Origin: Octopus sinensis
Lineage: Eukaryota
Assembly (NCBI RefSeq): GCF_006345805.1
Contig: NC_043015.1
Coordinates: forward strand, 42,284,001 to 42,348,000
Direction of reading: 5' to 3'
DNA: 64,000 nucleotides
Positions 1-48,432 of the stretch are shown here, one piece after another. Numbering within the stretch: position 1 is the first letter of the stretch; every line of letters begins with the position of its first letter. The position numbers and the translations under genes were made by a program. The notes below the pieces were generated by a model, which saw only the letters and a list, made by a program, of their open reading frames with translations, was not told the DNA's origin and searched no databases.

Positions 1-34889
<34,889 letters not shown>

Positions 34890-34987
34890 CTGAAATATGA
34901 TAAAAATAGAAAGAAAATATAAGAAATGAGAAATATTATGGTGCATGTATATGTACATATATGTACGTGAATATGTTTATGTATGTA

Positions 34988-35020
<33 letters not shown>

Positions 35021-35035
35021 ATATATGTATATATA

Positions 35036-35205
35036 ACGGGAAGCTTTATGAAAATAAACAAAAGACGAACGCAGGTGGAGTACAAACAAACAATTGTATT
35101 AGTATGGCGCTCAGGAATATAAATAAAACAAGTCTTTTACGTTTCGAGCCTACGCTCCTCAACAGAAAGATACACAGAAAAGAAACACAGAGAGAAACAA
35201 GGAGT
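35036..35205 (-). mobile_element. Penelope-like terminal repeat carrying a hammerhead-like motif
   Basis: ACGTTTCGAGCCTACGCTC motif; second copy at about 40012-40190. Confidence 0.5.
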
Positions 35206-37568
35206 GTTTGAATTACTCTGCCAAATATAAAGTTTTTTGTATTCATACTGTTTTGAATTAATCATGTATTTGTTTCAGTTTTGAGATTTCAATGATGCTA
35301 TTGCTTATTTTTAGAATGACATTGTAGGGTAGGTGTGAGAGGCTAGATCTGACCAGTTTGAATATAAAACGGGAGGCATATTTGGGTCGGATATGGCGGT
35401 TTAAATGCAAAAGGGTTAGTGCAAAAAATACTGTAAAAAATATTCCTATATAAAACAAAAAAAAAAAAATCACATGAAACAAATAATATTAATAAATAGA
35501 GAGGTGGAGAATGGAGAAAAAAATCCCCAGCTAAGTTATGGCCTGCTGCCCTAGAACTGAACAACAAATGCAAGTATACATTTTATGTGGCTATATTTCT
35601 TTCACGACAATATTTTTCTAATAAAAGACACACAAAACCCATTGCAGGTTTATTTTAAAACAATTATTTATATTCTTAGAACTGGTGTCTGGAAATATGA
35701 CTTAGCAAGAAAAAGAAATGTTCTTAGATAAAAATCACGATGGAAGTTTCAATTTAATTATGAACACAGTTGAAGTAGGCTGGCTCTGGATAATTTGAAC
35801 CTGATGGGCTAGAATCAAAACAGAGAGAGAGACATTCTTCATTTCTCATTCTCCCATAGACTTTTGCAATCTCCAACCACACACAGAGTTCTTCAACCCA
35901 ATTCACTTCTACTTACCATCCACACAGATGCCTCGTCACCACTATTTTAGGCGGTGACAAGGCTCCTTTCCTCTCCATCCATCCATTCACACACCCTCTC
36001 CTTGGTTCTAAAATCTAAGTAGCCATGTAGCTCCTTTATGGCAAGAAATCTGTTCTGCTCTGGCATCATCTCATACTTTAAACCCCCTCATTTCCTAGTT
36101 TAACCCTTCAGTATTCAGATTACTCTGTTAAATGTAATATTTTTTTACTCAAATTGTTTTGAATTAATCATGCATTATCTTATAGCTTTGAGGTTTCAAT
36201 GATATAATTGTTTATTTTTAGAATGTCAATGTAGGTTAGGTGTGAGAGACCAGATCTGGCCAGTTTGAATATAAAACATGTAGAATATTTAGGCCAGATA
36301 TGGCCGGTTTAAACACTAAAGGGTTAAAGCTTCCCCACCTTCTAAGGGTTCATAATCTTGGAAGCTGTATAGCAAGCTCATTAGTGCTGGTAGCACACAC
36401 ACACACAAAAAAAAAAGTAGATGGTGTAAAGTGACTGGTATAAGGAATGTCATCCAGTCAGAGAAACCACATCAAAGTAATTAATAAAGCATAACATGGC
36501 CCTTAGATCCAGTCAAAACTGTCAAACCCATACCAGCATGGAACATGGATGTCAAATGATGATAATCCTTTCTACTATGGGGACAAGGCCTGAAATTTGA
36601 AGGGAGAGGGAACAGTTGATGTAATCGATACCCAGTGCTCAGCTGGTAGTTATTTCATTGACTCGGAAAGGGATGAAAGTCAAAGCTGACCTCGGTGGAA
36701 TTTGAACTCAGAATGTAAAGACGGATGAAATGCTGCTAAGCATTTTGCCAAGCTTGCTAATGATTCTGCCAGCTGCTCACTACCTTATATTAAACGATAA
36801 TTATAATGATGTATATGCATGTATGTCTTCATCATTTTAACATCCATTTTGCCATGGTGGCATGTAAAAGCACCCACTACACTCTCGGAGTGGTTGGCGT
36901 TAGGAAGGGCATTCAGCTGTAGAAACTCTGCTAGATCAGGTTGGAGCCTGGCGCAGCCATCTGGTTCGCCAGTCCTCAGTCAAATCGTCCAACCCATGCT
37001 AGCATGGAAAGCGGACGTTAAACGATGATGATGATGACACACATACCAGTCAACATTTTCCAAACCTATCTACATCCCCCCCCCCATACACATGGATGTA
37101 GCATAATACAGAATATTCCGAGACATTCTAAAACCATTTCATGTAACCAACATCCATTATTCAATACTGGTACAAGCAGGATTGATTTCTTTGGAAATTT
37201 GGAAAGTGTCTTAGGAATCATTGGAGCAATGATTTTTATGGCTTGGATATTCATCCTTCCCTAATGCCAACCAATCAACCAGAAACGCACAGACACACAC
37301 AGCCAGCCTTCCATTTATGTCCTCCTTTGACACTACCATTACTACTACCATCACCTCCGCTACAATCACCACCACCACTACCACTGATGATGATTCCAAA
37401 ATTCATGTCATTCCACAAACACTGCTTTGAATTAATTGTTGCTGATGCAGAGCCGTACTACTAGTCTCCCCGGAACCTTAACCCTAACGTCATCACCCCC
37501 GCATACACACCTCGCCCTATTACCTGGTAAGTCTAACATCTTTTTTGGCACTTATATGAACAGCATGC

Positions 37569-37793
37569 GAGCTGGCAGAAACGTTAGCACACCGGGCGAA
37601 ATGTGTAGCCGTATTTCGTCTGCCGTTACATTCTGAGTTCAAATTCCGCCGTGGTCGACTTTGCCTTTCATCCTTTCGGAGTCGATAAATTAAGTACCAG
37701 TTACGCACTGGGGTCGATATAATCAACTTAATCCGTTTGTCTGTCCTTGTTCGTCCCCTCTGTGTTTAGCCCCTTGTGGGTAGTAAAGAAATA
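37569..37793 (+). mobile_element. Family C SINE with TSD
   Basis: TATATGAACAGCATGC duplicated (37553-37568 and 37794-37809). Confidence 0.9.
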
Positions 37794-38099
37794 TATATGA
37801 ACAGCATGCAGCTCACCATAACAATACATTTTATATTTGAAACACAACAGAGAAAAAGGGAGAGGAGAGAGAAAAAGAGAGTGGTTGGCATTAGGAAGGG
37901 CATCAAGCCATAGGAAACCAAGCCAAAACAGATGATGAAACTTGGTACAGCCCATCATCTTACCTCCCCTGTATTTTACTTTGCCACACCCTTTTCTGAA
38001 AGACGACAACGTCCAAAACATCATAATCAGCTTTTCCATTTCTTTGAGTATCAAACACTTTTGAGCATGGGGAACTCAATCCCATCTTTTTTTTTAAGG

Positions 38100-38131
<32 letters not shown>

Positions 38132-38602
38132 GAGAGAGAGAGATTGAGAGAGAGAGACGGCAAGCTGGCAGAAATGTTAGCATGCCAGGCAAAATGCGTA
38201 GCCGTATTTCGTCTGCCGTTACGTTCTGAGTTCAAATTCTACCAAGGCCGACATTGCCTTTCATCCTTTCAGGGTCAATAAAATAAGTACCAGTTACGCA
38301 CTGTAATCGACTTAATCCATTTGTCAGTCCTTGTTTGTCCCCTCTGTGTTTAGCCCCTTGTGGGTAGTAAAGAAATATATATATATATATAAACACACAC
38401 ACACACATGCACACAAACAAACAAAAAGAATGCAGCTCTGATAACAGAGTCAACAACTATTGAAAAGGTTGTAAGACCCAACGAAAATTTTAGCAAAAAT
38501 AAGTAAATAAGTGGAAATTGAACAAGTGAGAGTGTTAAATAATAAGGCACTAAAAGAGAATTACTCTGCCCAGACACAATACTACAGACAGACAGACATA
38601 TA

Positions 38603-38634
<32 letters not shown>

Positions 38635-39775
38635 AACAACATATATAAACAAAAAATAGAGAAAAGAGGCTAAAGTACATTTCTAATTCACTTAGATCTT
38701 CAAATATTGTAATTTCTCATTATCAGAAAGTAAATAATTTTTTGGTCAAAAATAAAGATAACAGCTATTTGAAGTGAGAAACCATTATTCCACACTGCTA
38801 TCCCCCCCCCTCCCCAGTGGATTTTAAATCATAATCTTTAAATGAAAGTTCTCTTATAGAACCGTTTCACTTCCTCGCTGCCAGCATGGTTTTCCTCCTA
38901 GAAGAACATACCTGTTTTAAACTGTGCTAAATTCAACCATATATCAAAGTATTTATGCCGAGAAGATTTCACTACAGTAATTTTTTTCATTTTTTTTCTT
39001 CTCAGTAATACAAGACTACATTTTTTTCTTTTTTTTATTTCTATTTTATTTAAAGAATTATATTATTTTAGTTCAAAAGCTCATCAGTAATAAAAGTTAC
39101 CTTCTCCTCCTAAAAAAACATAAAAGAAGAAAACCCCGCCAAAAACAAAAATAAATGACTAGAATATTCTTCTGTATAATTTGTTTCATGTCTTAACACA
39201 GAAACTACACAGACAAGTGATGTTCTATAATTGTTAACCAGATTATGGAAAAGCAAAATGGAATAAGGTGTGAGGAGAGAGAGAGTACAGATATATATAT
39301 ACACACACCTATCTATAATTAGCTATATATATGTGGCTGTGTGGTAAGTAGCTTGCTAATCAACCACATGGTTCCGGGTTCAGTCCCACTGCGTGGCACC
39401 TTGGGCAAGTGTTCTTCTACTATAGTAGCCTCGGGCCGACCAAAGCCTTGTGAGTGGATTTGGTAGACGGAAACTGAAAGAAGCCCGTCGTATATATATA
39501 GTATATATATAATATATATATATATATTATATATATATATATATAATATATATATATATGTGAGTTTGTGTGTCTGTGTTTGTCCCTCCAACATAGCTTG
39601 ACAACCGATGCTGGTGTGTTTACGTGCCCGTAACTTAGCGGTTCGGCAAAAGAGACCGATAGAATAAGTACTAGGCTTACAAAGAAAAAGTCCTGGGGTC
39701 GATTTGCTCGACTAAAGGTGGTGCTCCAGCATGACCGCAGTCAAATGACTGAAACAAGTAAAAGAGTAAAAAGAG

Positions 39776-39815
<40 letters not shown>

Positions 39816-39957
39816 ATCATCATCATCGTCGTCGTTTAGCGTCCGTTTTCCATGCTAGCATGGGTTGGACGGTTCTACTGGGGTCTGTGAAGCCAGAAGG
39901 CTTCATCAGGCCCAGTCAATCTGGCAGTGTTTCTACGGCTGGATGCCCTTCCTACGC

Positions 39958-40006
<49 letters not shown>

Positions 40007-40207
40007 TATATAGGGAAAGTTTACGAAAAAAACAAAAGATGAAGACAGGTGGTGTAGAAAACAAACAGATGCATTAGTATAACGCTCAGGAATAGAAAAG
40101 TCGTTTACGTTTCGAGCCTACGCTCTCCTACAGAAAGGGACACAGAAAAAACAAGGAGAGAAAAAAAATGTGTGTAGTGGCTAACGATCTATATATATTA
40201 TATATAT

Positions 40208-40248
<41 letters not shown>

Positions 40249-40641
40249 CAGCTTTAAACAGAGACAGACATGCACCACACGTGTTTGTATATAGGTGCGT
40301 ATGCATGTGTATGTATACATGTGTGTGTGTGTGTCTGTTTATATATATAAAGATGAGAATGTCTGTCTGTGTGACTCCCTAAAACTTGAGAACTACACAA
40401 CCGATTTCATATAAATTTTACACATGCCTTACTTAGGGCCCATGTAGTGTCATAGGCCCCAAACATTTTTAACTTGTTCCCTAGTGCGAGCCAAGAGCAA
40501 TTTCATATCTCCTCCACTATTTCAGTATTACGTGTCAAAAGTGAAACAGTAACATCTTTCTATTGTAATGTCAGGTATTTTCACTTTATTACTGAAACTA
40601 TTATCTCACATATATACAGGCATACATACATATATATACAC

Positions 40642-40682
<41 letters not shown>

Positions 40683-40709
40683 TAGATGTATATGTGTAGC
40701 TGTATATAT

Positions 40710-40753
<44 letters not shown>

Positions 40754-41227
40754 TAGATGTATATGTGTAGCTGTATATATATATATATATAATATATTAG
40801 ATGTATGTGTAGCTGTATATATATATATATATATAATATATAGATGTATATGTGTAGCTGTATATATATATATATATATATAGATGTATATGTGTAGATG
40901 TATATGTGTAGATGTAAATATATATATAGATGTTTATGTGTAAATGTATTATATATATATATAGAGAGAGAGAGAGAGATAGATGTATGTATATATATAT
41001 AGATGTACATGTAATATGTACACATATATACATGCATACACACCCATACACACATACATAGGTGCAGGTATGGCTGTGTGATAAGTAACTTGGTTCCAAA
41101 ACACATGGTCCCGGGTTCAGTCCCGCTGTGTGGTGACTTGGTATGTGTCTTCTGCTATAGCCTCAGCCCAACCAAAGCCTTGTGAGTGGATTGGATTCCG
41201 TACACAGAAACTGAAAGAAATCAATCG

Positions 41228-41259
<32 letters not shown>

Positions 41260-41527
41260 ATATATATTATATATATATGTATATATGTAAGTGTATATGT
41301 GTGTCTCTATGTTTCTCCCTCATCACTGCTTCACAACTGCTGTTCATTATTTACATCCTCATAACTTACTGGTTTGACAAGAAGAAACTGATAGAATAAG
41401 TACCAGGCTTATCAAAATAAATTATAAAAAAGCACTAGGTAGCGTCTCATATTTTTGTTTGCCCACTCAGTTGTATCTATACATATAATACACACACACA
41501 TATATACATGTATGTATATGTGCATAT

Positions 41528-42089
41528 TCATATTATTATATAAAAGTCAATGTCTTTATGTGTGTCTGTGTGTTACTTATACATTCAAAAACTACTGCAC
41601 CCATTCTAATGAAATTTGGAACACAAAATCCAAGCTTAGGGAGAAGGGTAATGCTGTGTGTTTCATACAATTTCATAGACCAAAATTACTGAATAGATCC
41701 TTATGATATTTGGAACTTAGATTGAATTCATAAGAGTGAATATAATGCAATATGTTTGGTTTGAATTTGAGATGGCTTAAAGGGGGCAGAACCCCCATGA
41801 AAATTCATAAATTTTCGATGTTGAAATTTCAACCATGAGTAATTGACACACATCAAGAAGTATTCTCAAAGTTACCACTTCTCATGAAGATTCTAAGACC
41901 CGCTAATGGGAGCCTTAACTCCCAAATTTTAGTCATTTTTTTTTATGATCCAAAACTAGGTCAAAAGTACTGAATGGATCTTTATGAAATTTGGAAATTA
42001 TATTCTATGCATTAGGGCCATAACCCCCAGGAAAATTAATTTATTTTTGCTGTTGATGAAACACGGGCAACACCGGGTATCTCTGCTAG
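41528..42089 (+). mobile_element. Non-autonomous Helitron-like element
   Basis: 5' TC..TATATAAAAGTCAATGTC; 3' ACGGGCAACACCGGGTATCTCTG-CTAG/T; a similar 5' fragment lies at about 40345-40600. Confidence 0.65.
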
Positions 42090-42794
42090 TATACGTATAT
42101 ATATGTAGATACACTCACTCACACCAGGTATCACTATGAATTTTTGAAAAATATTTAAATCCAACTTCTACAATTCTTTTTCTTGGAGAGCATCCAAAAA
42201 GGGAAAATTCGATACCTCATTTTTAGGAAATATGACAATTTGAATGATCAGTGAATTGGCTGAAATCTTGCCTAATTAGTCCTAAATGAATAATTAGCCA
42301 TATTTGTGATGTCATATCTTTGAAACTGAGGTGATAATCATCTTCAGATTAACAGTATCCAGGGGATAATAGTTGTCTCTTTTCTTTCAGGTTCTTGGAA
42401 AACAAACATCTTTTTTGGCAATTTTTAAAATATTTATGTTAAAGCCTATTGTGTTGCATTTCTGTATTTACACTATGCTACAGAACCCAGGCAACTCTTT
42501 TGGTCGAAATAGCACACTTGTGAACAAAAGACTGGGTGCTTTATTTTCATATCTGTAAATTTATTTCTGTATCTACATGTTACAGAATCTGGGTTACTTT
42601 TTCATGCACAACCCTGTTTATGAAAAGGAAGTTCACATCCAGAACTTTAAAATGATATATCATTGTCTATAGGAAACAAAAAAAAAGTATTTTCACCTGA
42701 AAATAATTAAGCTAAAAAGTGGGGCTTTAAGTGATCAAATTGTGCTTGTCTCCCCCTTCTACAGCTAGTTATATGATGTTCGTGTGTACATATC

Positions 42795-43482
42795 CAGTAA
42801 TCTCTCAACCATCACGGGTGTTACATTCCAAAATCCCCCACAATAGGGGAAAATCCAAAAAGTAGAAACAGAACTCTCTCTTACTCTCTTTACTCTTTTA
42901 GTTGTTTCAGTCATTTGACTGTGGCCATGCTGGAGCACCACCTTTAGTTGAGCAAATCAACCCCAGGACTTATTCTTTCGTAAGCCTAGCACTTATTCTA
43001 TCGGTCTCTTTTGCTGAACCACTAAGTTACAGGGACACAAACACACCAGCAGCAGTTGTCAAGCAATGTTAGGGGGGACAAACACAGACAAACAATGTTA
43101 GGGGGGGACAAACACAGACAAACAAACATATACACCCACATACATACATATATATGTATACATACATACATACATATACACACATATAGGATGGGCTTCT
43201 TTCAGTTTCCGTCTTCCAAATCCACTCATAAGGCTTTGGTCGGCCCGAGGCTATAGTAGAAGACACTTGCCCAAGATGTCACGCAGTGGGACTGAACCCG
43301 GAACCATGTGGTTGGTTAGCAAGCTACTTACCACACAGCCACACCTACATATTTTTAAAATTATTTTGATAATTTGTATACATTTATTTTATTATAAATG
43401 CAAAACAACACCATAGAGGAATCAACATAAGCTTAAAAAATAAACCACGATAGGTGAACCACAATATGGCAAGGGATTACTG
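42795..43482. mobile_element. Tc1/mariner (Tigger-like) MITE interrupted by a family B SINE (about 42872-43345)
   Basis: Ends CAGTAATCTCT...AGGGATTACTG followed by TA. Confidence 0.6.
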
Positions 43483-46400
43483 TACATACATACATAGAGT
43501 AGCTACAGTGAGGGCCACCTGGGGCAGTCCTTTAGTTTGCCACCCCTGGGCCTCCACAAAAAATACATATTGCACAGTGACTATATCAATTGTTGCATTT
43601 AATAATGAGTAATGTCTGTGTCCCGACATTAAAACTGCTATAATTTGATTTCAATATAGCCTATACTGGCTTATAGCCTACAGCAGACCCCAAAAATGGC
43701 ACTGCTCCCATAAAAGTGCCAATTGGGGGCAGGCCACCCATTCCTCCTCACTCTAGCTATGCTAGTGCATGCATACCTACTCATCTGTGCAAACACAAGC
43801 ACACAATCAATATATAGAGATACACACACATAGATACACTATGACTGCTCAATGTACCAAACTGACCTCAAAAGCACCATTGGAGCAAAGATGCGAGGTT
43901 ACTTGATCGTCCACTTCCACTGATGTCAATCAAAAATTTTAATTATGTTGTGTCTGAAAAGACGGCCCACAAAATGAAGAATCAATACCGCTCGCAAGAG
44001 AGCAGAACATTATATCAGATAATGCCAGAAAAAAAAAAAAAAGAAGGAAAGAAAATCAATAAGGTGGTCGTGGCCAGAACACCCGTTAACAAAACTTTCA
44101 TCCATCAGAGATGACCCGTGGCAAAACAAGAACATATCATCACTATCATCATCATCATCATCATTGTCCTCATTTAACCTTGCTGCATTCAGGTTGTTCT
44201 GTCGAATGTAAGGCTTGAACTGGTTGATGCTAGGGAGGGAGTTCAGTTGCGAAAACCATGTGGAAGTAGGCAGCGGAACTTGGTGTGCAGTTCTCTGGCT
44301 TACCAGATCCTGTCAAACCATACAACCCAGGCTAGCATGGAAGACAGACCTATGATGATGATGATGAAGATCATAATGATGATTTATTTACATTTTTAAA
44401 AACTAATCATGTATTAACAGGTAGCTTTGAGATTTCAAAAAGTGATTTCAAAAAATTTTTTTTTAATAAGCTTCATCTCAAAGCTGTAGCCAGGCTGGGG
44501 CATCGCTGTTTTGGTGATTATTATTCTAATCAGGTGGATCCCCATAGCCATTCGATGTTTATAAAATAGTTTTATAGATACTTCTTTTAAAATTCATATT
44601 TTGTTTTACCACACATTCACGCCTGTAGTTTGAGCTTATGTAGAATACATCTAAAGCAAAATGTTTCCATGGACCCCTAAAATACTGCTGTGGCTCCCCA
44701 ATTTACTAGTTTGCTTGTATGGACCCTAAAAATCTTATATGGATTCTCTGGGGTCGTATGGACCTCAAATGAGAACCACTGCTTTTAAGTCACCTAAACT
44801 AAAACCTTCCATCAAAATTTCATGTTAAGTTCTGAACACCAGTTCAGAAGTTAGTTATTTTGCTAAATTCTTTGTTATTCTTAAAATTCACTGAAACAAG
44901 GACAGTGTATTTAAACAGAAATGTGGTAACAAAAAAGCTAAATACCAATCTTGAATCTGCTTTGGATTCTCCATCATAAAAACTCTCATATCTGGCCATT
45001 GGGAAATATTACCTGGCTTAGAAACAAGTGTAGGTTAGCCACAGGCAGGGTATCTGGCCAAAAATATCTGCCTCGGTGAATTCCAGCTGTCCCATGTGAG
45101 CTTAGAAAAGTGGATATTAAAATGATGATGATGATGATGACAGCAAGTCTGAAATCTTTTTTAAATCAGCCAAATTTCAGGATAAATCATTTGGTTTATG
45201 TGGATTTGGCAATTAATCAATGTGTAAAATGATGGTAATACATATAGACACACAGACAGACATACACACATAATAGAGTGTTGCTATAACTTCACTCAAG
45301 TTGAACAAGAGCCAACTAGGTTGAAAATTTTGATCCACTTTTTGTTGTTAGACCAGTATGCAGTTCTCCCTGGTGGTTATAAACCTAAATTTATTCAGTC
45401 ATTCAGAGTTCAAATTGTACCATTGTCAACTTTGCCATTTATCTTTTCAGGGTCAATAAAAATGTACCAATCCAAGTCAGTGAAGAACTTTGGACCTAAT
45501 TCCACATGCTGTTTGTTTCAGTTGTTTGCATTCTGAGTTCAAATTACACTCTGGTCATTTTTGCTTTACGTCTTTTAGGGGTCGATTCAAGGCATTTTAT
45601 TGGTAGATGCATTGTGCTATTAACTCCATCCCTCAATGTTCAGAGTTGAAATCTTGCTATGGCTTACTTGGGTGGTAAACTCAACCCATCTCCCAGTTTA
45701 ATGCCAACACCTGTACCTCAGCTGCTTCTGGCAGAAATCTCACAGTTGCAAGTATTCAAGCCAGGTTTCCAGTCTTTGGATATTTTCCTGCCCCTTCCCT
45801 CCTCTCAGTCACGGAGGCCCTGTAACAGGTCCCAAGCACTCACCTGACTAAAAAAAGATAAAAACACACAAATTCAATTGGTCATAAATTCTTTTATCTC
45901 TTACTTGTTTCGTTAGACTGCGGCCATGCTGGAGCACTGCCTTGAATTTTTAGTCAAATGAATCGACCCCAGGACTTATTTTTTAAGCCTGGTACTTATC
46001 TTATTGGTCTCTTTTGCTGAACTGCTAAGTTACGGGGATGCAAACACACCAACACAGGTTGTCGGTAGTGGTGGTGGGGGACACACACACACACACATAT
46101 ACTACCAAATCCACTCACAAGGCTTTGGTCGGCCCAAGGCTATAGTGGAAGACACTTGCCCAAGGTGCTATGCAGTGGGACTGAACCCGGAACCATGTGA
46201 TCCCAAAGCAAGTTCTTTAATCACCCAATCATTCCAGCACCTACATACTGTCTCCACCTCCTAATAGAGAGCATCAGCTAAGCCTTGCTAACATATCACT
46301 TCTTTGCAATGCCACATGGAACATCTAAGGGCTACAAGACGAGAGATGACTGGAAAATAACCACTTCCTATTATGGAATAACATACAATTAAATGCCCAG

Positions 46401-46665
46401 ACCAAGAACATTTACAGACATAAAAAAAAATAAATGGTGGGGAGGGAGACAAAAAAATCAAAATTGGGTGAATTGAAATATAAAATGCTTAACTATTATG
46501 CAACATAACCTCTCCTCACCTTCCCACCCCCATCCCTGCCTGAATGGAGTGAACTATGGATTTGCCCATTCTCATTGCTCGCTCCCTTCTCGAAGAATAT
46601 GGTAAAGTTATTGATTTGTCCACCAGAGTTTGCTGAGATCGAAATGTTCGATGATGCTGCTACTC

Positions 46666-46682
46666 ACAAATATATGTTTGTT

Positions 46683-46720
<38 letters not shown>

Positions 46721-46808
46721 AGAGAGAGAGTGTGTGTGAGAGAGAGAGAGAGAGAGAGTGAGTGTATGAGTGAGTGAGTGAGTGAGTGTGAGAGAGAGAG
46801 ATAAAGCT

Positions 46809-46855
<47 letters not shown>

Positions 46856-46938
46856 AATAGAGAGAGATAAAGCGTGTGTGTGTGTGAGAGAGAGAGAGAG
46901 AAATAGAGATAAAGCACATGCGTGTGTGTGTGTGTGAT
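46666..46938. repeat. Compound (GT)n/(GA)n microsatellite
   Basis: Direct reading. Confidence 0.95.
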
Positions 46939-47304
46939 TACGCTTACTTATTTCAGGCATTGGACTGGGGGCACTGCCCTGAAGGGTTTTAGCCAATCAT
47001 ATTGACACCAATACATATATATTTTTAAGTTTGGTGCTTATCTTAATTTCTTTGTAGCACTGTTAAATTATGGACACCGAAAATGTCTTATAAACGAGGC
47101 CAACATAATCAGACACACAGATACACACACACAATGGGCTTCCTTCAGTTTCTGTTTACCAAATCCACTCATGAAGCTATAGTTGGTTCAGGGAAATATA
47201 GCAGAAGATGCTTGCTTAATGTACCCTGTAGTGGGACGGAACTCAAAACCATGTGGTTGCAAAACGAACCTCTTAACAACGCAGTCATGCCTGCAGTCAG
47301 TCTG

Positions 47305-48040
47305 TCAATGCATGAAGGTGTCGTACCCGAATGACCTTGCTGACACAGACAGTATCATCAACTGCTGCAAAAGCGAAGGAGACACATTAGAAAGAACCAA
47401 TTACAGAAGCATCAAATTGATTGACAAAGAAGCAATGATGGAAATAAATGGGAAAGTCAGAGCACAACTGGTTAGGAAAAGAACAAGCTTTGATGAGATG
47501 TAGTTTTGAGTTTCTACCAGGATAGGCGCAGGAGTGGCTGTGTGGTAAGTAGCTTGTTTACCAACCACATGGTTCCGGGTTCATTCCCACTGCATGCCAC
47601 GTTGGGCAAGTGTCTTCTACTATAGCCTCGGGCCGACCAAGGCCTTGTGAGTGGATTTGGTAGGCGGAAACTGAAAGAAGCCCGTTGTATATATGTATAT
47701 ATATATATGTATGTGCGTGTATGTTTGTCCCCCTAGCATTGCTTGACAACCGATGCTTGTGTATTTATGTCCCCGTCACTTAGCGGTTCGACAAAAGAGA
47801 CCGATAGAATAAGTACTGGGCTTACAAAGAATAAGTCCCGGGGTCAATTTCCTCGATTAAAGGCGGTGCTCCAACATGGCCGCAGTCAAAATGACTGAAA
47901 CAAGGAAAAGGGAAAAGGGATGGCTCTCTTTCTGGTGAAATGAACTATTGAAGGAGTTCTTAGCAAAGAGGAAGCCACTACTACATCCAGCATTCACTGA
48001 CTTTCAATGGGGTTTCATGCTCTGTAGTCATCGACCTTTT
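47305..48040 (+). pseudogene. Decayed RTE-clade reverse transcriptase fragment split by a SINE (47525-47915)
   Basis: SIINCCKSEGDTLERTNYRSIKLID...DEM*F and KEFLAKRKPLLHPAFTDF resemble the N-terminal RT motifs of RTE LINEs. Confidence 0.7.
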
Positions 48041-48078
48041 GCAGGGCATCACAAAGAAAACTACATTTTCTTACTTAA

Positions 48079-48432
48079 CCCTTTCGATACCAACCCGGCT
48101 GAAACAGGCTCTGGCTCTGTAGCACAAATGTCTTGTTTTCATAAGTTTTGAATTAAAATCTTCCACCAAACCTTAGTCGCAATTTATGTTCCTAACACTA
48201 ACTTAATGATCTATCTATCTGCTCAATTGAAGTCAACTCTCAGTTACTCCATGGATCAGTGTCCTCAAGTCAGTTCTATCCTGGGCTGCTTCTTTCAGAT
48301 TGGCTATGTCCATTCCGGTATCACTCTTGATGGACTTAATGATAACTAAGTTATTTTACTAAATTCTTTGTTATATTTAAAATAATTGAAAGACACACAG
48401 AGCATCTCAAAATGAATACGGTAATAAAAGAG
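48079..48432. mobile_element. piggyBac-like MITE hosting an RTE insertion
   Basis: TTAA/CCCTTTCGATACC...AAAAGAG/TTAA. Confidence 0.75.
48211..48333 (-). mobile_element. 5'-truncated RTE (BovB-like) LINE 3' end
   Basis: IKSDTGMDIANLKEAAQDRTDLRTLIHGVTES; (ATAG)n tail; 10-bp TSD ACTTAATGAT (48201-48210 and 48334-48343). Confidence 0.85.
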
